Shown here: positions 59,888-64,000 of the stretch, piece by piece
Layout of the letters: each line of letters begins with the position of its first letter
Position numbering within the stretch: position 1 is the first letter of the stretch
Origin: an uncultured archaeon
GTDB lineage: Archaea > Thermoproteota > Nitrososphaeria > JACIWG01
DNA: 64,000 bases
Assembly (NCBI GenBank): GCA_938034445.1
Contig: CALHLD010000004.1
Span: 64,067-128,066, forward strand
Direction of reading: 5' to 3'
Made by a program: the position numbers and the translations under genes
The notes under the pieces: generated by a model
Told to the model about the DNA's origin: nothing
What the model saw: only the letters and a program-made list of their open reading frames with translations
Database searches by the model: none

Positions 59888-60892
59888 CTATTGTTTTATA
59901 TAAATTGTTTCAGGATTAATTACCCAATATGGTTTTTCACCCTTCAAGAACCTTATTATATTTTCTACAGCCGCCCTAAATGTCTCGTACACGGCCTCTT
60001 TGGTTGAGGATGCGATATGTGGTGTCAGTATAACATTTTCCATTGTCAAAAGGGGGTTGTCCTCTGGTAATGGTTCCGGTTCTGTAACATCTAATCCTGC
60101 ACCAGCTATAACGCCATCTTTTAACGCTTTAATCAATGCGCTTGTGTCAACTACAGCTCCTCTACATATGTTTACTAGGTAAGCGCTCTTTTTCATCAAC
60201 ATAAGCTCCCTCTCTCCTATCATTTTTCTTGTCTCCTTAGTCAGAGGCACACTTAATACTATAAAATCTGATTCTTGAAGGAGTCTTTCAAGCTCAACTA
60301 ACTCTGCACCATACAACTGTGCTCTGGCGGGTAAAGTGTAAGGGTCGTACGCTAATATTCTCATATTAAATGCAAGCTTACATTTTAACGCAATTCTTCC
60401 ACCTATATTACCCAAACCTACTATGCCCAAAGTTTTATTCCACAATTGGATTCCCATCCAGTCCATTTTCTTCCATCTGCCATCTCTTACTGCTTTATCC
60501 GCTAAAGTGATCTTCTTAGAAAGGTCTAGTATGAGTGCTAGTGCATGTTGGGCGACTGGTTCAGCATATATTTCTCCGACATTGCAAACTATAACTCCCC
60601 TCCTACTACATTCTTCAACATCTACATGATCATATCCTATACCAAATCCTTGAATGAATTCAAGACTTTTTGCATTCTCAAGAAATTCTTTGTCGACCTT
60701 AACTCCTCCAGCCAGCACGTTAACATCGGCTATCTTTTCAAGCCATTCACTAGCAGTTTTTGGATGATAGACTTCAACTTCCGCAAACTCCATCAGTCTT
60801 TCTGCCAGTCTCTTAAGTTCCATAGGATCTGGTTTCTCACTCCATTCACCTATCGAAGGTACGAGCTCTGGTGCAAGAATCTTCTTCCTCAA
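59888..60892 (-). CDS. D-2-hydroxyacid dehydrogenase (glyoxylate/hydroxypyruvate reductase-like)
   Basis: GYDHVD, GLGNIG, NICRG, DVTEPEP, TPHIAS. Confidence 0.92.
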   Translation of the reverse strand: MRKKILAPELVPSIGEWSEKPDPMELKRLAERLMEFAEVEVYHPKTASEWLEKIADVNVLAGGVKVDKEFLENAKSLEFIQGFGIGYDHVDVEECSRRGVIVCNVGEIYAEPVAQHALALILDLSKKITLADKAVRDGRWKKMDWMGIQLWNKTLGIVGLGNIGGRIALKCKLAFNMRILAYDPYTLPARAQLYGAELVELERLLQESDFIVLSVPLTKETRKMIGERELMLMKKSAYLVNICRGAVVDTSALIKALKDGVIAGAGLDVTEPEPLPEDNPLLTMENVILTPHIASSTKEAVYETFRAAVENIIRFLKGEKPYWVINPETIYIKQ

Positions 60893-61006
60893 ATTTTTCC
60901 CCTACCCTCTACAATATATTTTGTCATAATAAAGTATATTAATCTTATCTTCCGCTAAAATCATGAAGTTTATATAATATTTGTTTATGATACGTTAATG
61001 GTTTAA

Positions 61007-62293
61007 ATGGAAACCCCTTTCCTAATTAAATATGTCAAGGGCAGAGAGATTATAGACAGTCGAGGTAATCCGACTCTTGAAGTAGATGTTGTTACAGAGG
61101 CTAATGTTTTGGGCCGTGCTTCTGCACCAGCCGGTCGCTCTCGAGGAAAGTATGAGGCGGTTGAAATTAGGGACGGCTCAAAAAGATATAATGGTCTTGG
61201 TGTGCAAAAGGCTGTAAAGATAGTTAACGAAACTGTATCCTCTCTATTAAAGGGAATGGATGTTCGCCTACAAAGAGAAATAGATCAAATTCTAATAGAA
61301 TATGATGGCACAGAAGACAAGTCAAGGATTGGAGGAAATGTTCTAACTGCAACATCATTAGCTGTAGCTAAAGCGGCAGCCGCTAGCCTAAAATTGCCTT
61401 TATACAAATATGTTGGCGGTTCAAACGCGCACATTCTTCCTGTTCCAATGTTTCTGTATGTGTGTGGTGGAAAATTGGCTGCAACCGACCTTGATTTTCA
61501 AGAATTTAACGCTATGCCTACTGGCGCAAAAAGTTTTTCTGAAGCAATGCAGATGGGTTGTGAAGTTTATCATGCTTTAGCTGACATCTTATCTAAAAAG
61601 TTTGGAAAGTATTCTATGAATGTTGGAGATGAAGGTTCTCTTTCACCACCAAATGTTGATTACCCTGACCTAATATTTGAATTAATATTAGAAGCTGTAG
61701 AATCCCAAGGCTATAGTGGAAAGTTTGTTCTGGCATTGGATGCTGCTGCAACACACCTTTACAACAGTCACTCAGGCAAATATAGGTTTAGATGTAAGGA
61801 AGTTGATGCAGGTGAACTTATGGAAATTTATATTGAATTAGCTAAAAAATTTCCTCTAGCCTCTATTGAGGATCCGTTTCATGAAGACGATTTTGAAAGT
61901 TTTGCAGAAATTACAAGGAAATTAAATCATGTTCAGATTGTAGGCGATGACCTATTTGTATCCAACATAAAACGTTTGAAGAAGGGAATTGAATGTGGTG
62001 CTGCAAACGCTATATTGTTAAAGGTTAACCAAATAGGAACACTTTCTGAAGCACTAGATACTGCAGCATATGCTGTGAGAAACAATTATAGTGTTCTTGT
62101 ATCTGAAAGGTCTGCTCAGACAGAGGACACTTGGCTTGCAGAACTTGTTGTAGCTATAAATGCTGGGCAGATTAAGAATGGTGCGCCTGTAAGAAGCGAG
62201 CGTGTGGCGCAGTTTAACCAACTTTTAAGGATTGAGGAAGAATTAGGTGCTGCCGCAAGATATGCAGGAGAAAACTATAGAAGCCCCATATAG
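61007..62293 (+). CDS. Enolase-family protein, divergent paralog
   Basis: DSRGNPT, QEF, GDEG, IEDP, GDDL, LLKVNQIG; atypical GGKLA and SERSAQTED. Confidence 0.88.
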   Translation: METPFLIKYVKGREIIDSRGNPTLEVDVVTEANVLGRASAPAGRSRGKYEAVEIRDGSKRYNGLGVQKAVKIVNETVSSLLKGMDVRLQREIDQILIEYDGTEDKSRIGGNVLTATSLAVAKAAAASLKLPLYKYVGGSNAHILPVPMFLYVCGGKLAATDLDFQEFNAMPTGAKSFSEAMQMGCEVYHALADILSKKFGKYSMNVGDEGSLSPPNVDYPDLIFELILEAVESQGYSGKFVLALDAAATHLYNSHSGKYRFRCKEVDAGELMEIYIELAKKFPLASIEDPFHEDDFESFAEITRKLNHVQIVGDDLFVSNIKRLKKGIECGAANAILLKVNQIGTLSEALDTAAYAVRNNYSVLVSERSAQTEDTWLAELVVAINAGQIKNGAPVRSERVAQFNQLLRIEEELGAAARYAGENYRSPI

Positions 62294-62311
62294 TCTACTA
62301 TAAACGTACGT

Positions 62312-63682
62312 GTGATGCTCATAAAAAATTTTGACAAGCTCAGTACATCTTTAGGGAGAAAAATTGTGCTTGAGATCATTGAAAAAACTTTGGAAGATGT
62401 TAACTACTATAATCTGATAAAAAAATATGTTCACCTAAATGATAATGTAATACAAATTAAAGATAGTTTCTTTAACTTAAAAGATTTTGAAAAAATATAT
62501 TTTATTGCAGGCGGAAAAAACTCATCATTTATGGCTAAGGCGTTTGAAGAGGTTTTAGGTGAAAGAATCTCAGAATCTATAGTTGTTGAAAAAAGGGGTT
62601 ATTGTTCTATTAGATTGAAATTTCCAATTGTATACGCTGGTCACCCATTACCTGACAATGAAAGTTTAAGTGCAGGTGAGAAGGTAATTTGTTTGGCGAA
62701 AAAGGCTTGCGAGAAAGACCTTGTCATCGTTTGTGTAAGTGGAGGTTGGACTGCATTAACAACATGTCCTCCACCCACTCTACCTTTTGAGGATGTTGTT
62801 GAAACATATAGGTTGCTTCTTTTTTCAGGAATGCCTTTAAATCAAATGAATGTTGTTAGAAACCATATTTCCATGCTTGGTAAAGGTAAGCTTCTAAAGT
62901 ATGTTAATGGTGCTACGGTAATAGGGTTAATTGCTGTAGACGAGGTTGGGGGTGAAGCTTGGGGTCCAACTGTTAAAGACAATACGACGTTTAAGGATGT
63001 GCTGCAAATTCTAGAAAATTACGGTTTACTAGACAAGGTTCCCGAATCCATAAGAAACTATGTTTTAGAAAATCTTTTGATAGAAAATTATAGCTTAAAT
63101 GTATGTGATTTGAAGGAGACTAGGGTTCAAAATTTTGTTCTAGTAAACAACATCGACTTGTGTAATATAGCGTTAGAGCATGCAAAAGATTATGCTCCAT
63201 CATATGTCCTTACAACCTCTTTGGAGGGTGAAGCAAAGGATGTTGGAACTGTAATTTCTTCTATAGCTAAAGAAATTTTATTGTATCATAGACCATTTTC
63301 TCCTCCATGTATTCTAATAGCTGGTGGAGAAACTACAGTATCTATTGGCAACGAATATGGTGAAGGTGGAAGAAACCAGGAACTTGCGCTTTCAAGTGCA
63401 TTAGGTATTGCGGGCACAAATGTTGTTTTAGCTTCAATTGCAACGGATGGAACTGATGGTCCAACAGAGATTGCTGGAGCAATTGTTGATGGCTCAACTC
63501 TATTAAGGTGTAAAGAGTATGGAATAGACTTGTTCAAAGAGCTAAAACGTCATAATTCTTCACACGTTTGGAGGATTTTGGGTGACGCCATCTATACAGA
63601 AGAAACAGGGACAAACTTGATGGATTTAATAGTTGTTTACATAAATTCGACGAGAAATCCTAGAACTTTAGTTCTGGGATGA
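62312..63682 (+). CDS. Glycerate 2-kinase (MOFRL/DUF4147) family, divergent
   Basis: GHPLPD, GGETTV, GGRNQE, TDGTDG, TGTN. Confidence 0.88.
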   Translation: MMLIKNFDKLSTSLGRKIVLEIIEKTLEDVNYYNLIKKYVHLNDNVIQIKDSFFNLKDFEKIYFIAGGKNSSFMAKAFEEVLGERISESIVVEKRGYCSIRLKFPIVYAGHPLPDNESLSAGEKVICLAKKACEKDLVIVCVSGGWTALTTCPPPTLPFEDVVETYRLLLFSGMPLNQMNVVRNHISMLGKGKLLKYVNGATVIGLIAVDEVGGEAWGPTVKDNTTFKDVLQILENYGLLDKVPESIRNYVLENLLIENYSLNVCDLKETRVQNFVLVNNIDLCNIALEHAKDYAPSYVLTTSLEGEAKDVGTVISSIAKEILLYHRPFSPPCILIAGGETTVSIGNEYGEGGRNQELALSSALGIAGTNVVLASIATDGTDGPTEIAGAIVDGSTLLRCKEYGIDLFKELKRHNSSHVWRILGDAIYTEETGTNLMDLIVVYINSTRNPRTLVLG

Positions 63683-63734
63683 AGGGGAGAGTGCCAAATC
63701 CCTTTGATTTTAGAAAAGTTTTTATCCTAAACCT

Positions 63735-64000
63735 ATGTTGTCAGAACATATGTCTGAGCTCATTGAAAAAGCTAAAGCGGCAAAAGCTGCCTCATACGAG
63801 CTTGCTAAATCTTCTGATGAAACGAGAAAGAAGGCTTTAGTTTCCATGTCCAAGGCTGTTTTGGAGCATGCTAAAGAAATTCTTGAAGCTAATGCAAAAG
63901 ATTTAGAAGAGTTTAAGAAAGCAAATCCGAGTTCACCTTTAATCGATAGACTATTGCTTAATGAAAAGAGGGTTAAAGATTGCTCTGATGGTCTCTTGAA
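63735..64000 (+). CDS. proA: Gamma-glutamyl phosphate reductase, 3'-partial (not in ORF track)
   Basis: My translation: MLSEHMSELIEKAKAAKAASYELA...ILEANAKDL...LIDRLLLNEKR, a typical ProA N-terminus. Confidence 0.85.
   Translation, partial: MLSEHMSELIEKAKAAKAASYELAKSSDETRKKALVSMSKAVLEHAKEILEANAKDLEEFKKANPSSPLIDRLLLNEKRVKDCSDGLL

Noticed and set aside
1-64000. CRISPR arrays, tRNA/rRNA genes, transposases, integrases
   Set aside because: No repeat-spacer periodicity, cloverleaf, rRNA-like stretch or mobile-element ORF seen by eye.

Overview
AT-rich, gene-dense chromosomal segment of an archaeon, most likely TACK/Thermoproteota (TFB, TBP, aIF1, ThiDN, archaeal porCDAB, tandem MoeA genes, TATA/BRE promoters, frequent TTG/GTG starts). 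Most of it is housekeeping and peptide/amino-acid fermentation: dpp ABC transporter, GDH, POR, aminotransferase, threonine aldolase, thiamine salvage and Mo/W cofactor genes. I found no rRNA, tRNA, CRISPR array or transposase. Highlights not shown by the ORF track: (1) a GC-rich ~80-nt switch-like pseudoknot RNA upstream of a queT (COG4708) gene, a candidate archaeal 7-deazaguanine riboswitch; (2) a ~5.5-kb block between proB and proA with vapBC and a creatininase-family hydrolase / 2-hydroxyacid dehydrogenase / divergent enolase / divergent glycerate-kinase module, whose active-site changes suggest an undescribed pathway; (3) a dual-guide C/D box sRNA predicted to target 23S rRNA H69/H71; (4) an uncharacterised P-loop NTPase ending a thiamine salvage operon that lacks ThiM; (5) a decaying ArsB/NhaD tandem array (relic plus chimeric copy) and an APC permease interrupted by one in-frame TAA. 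All calls come from reading motifs by eye; no searches were run.
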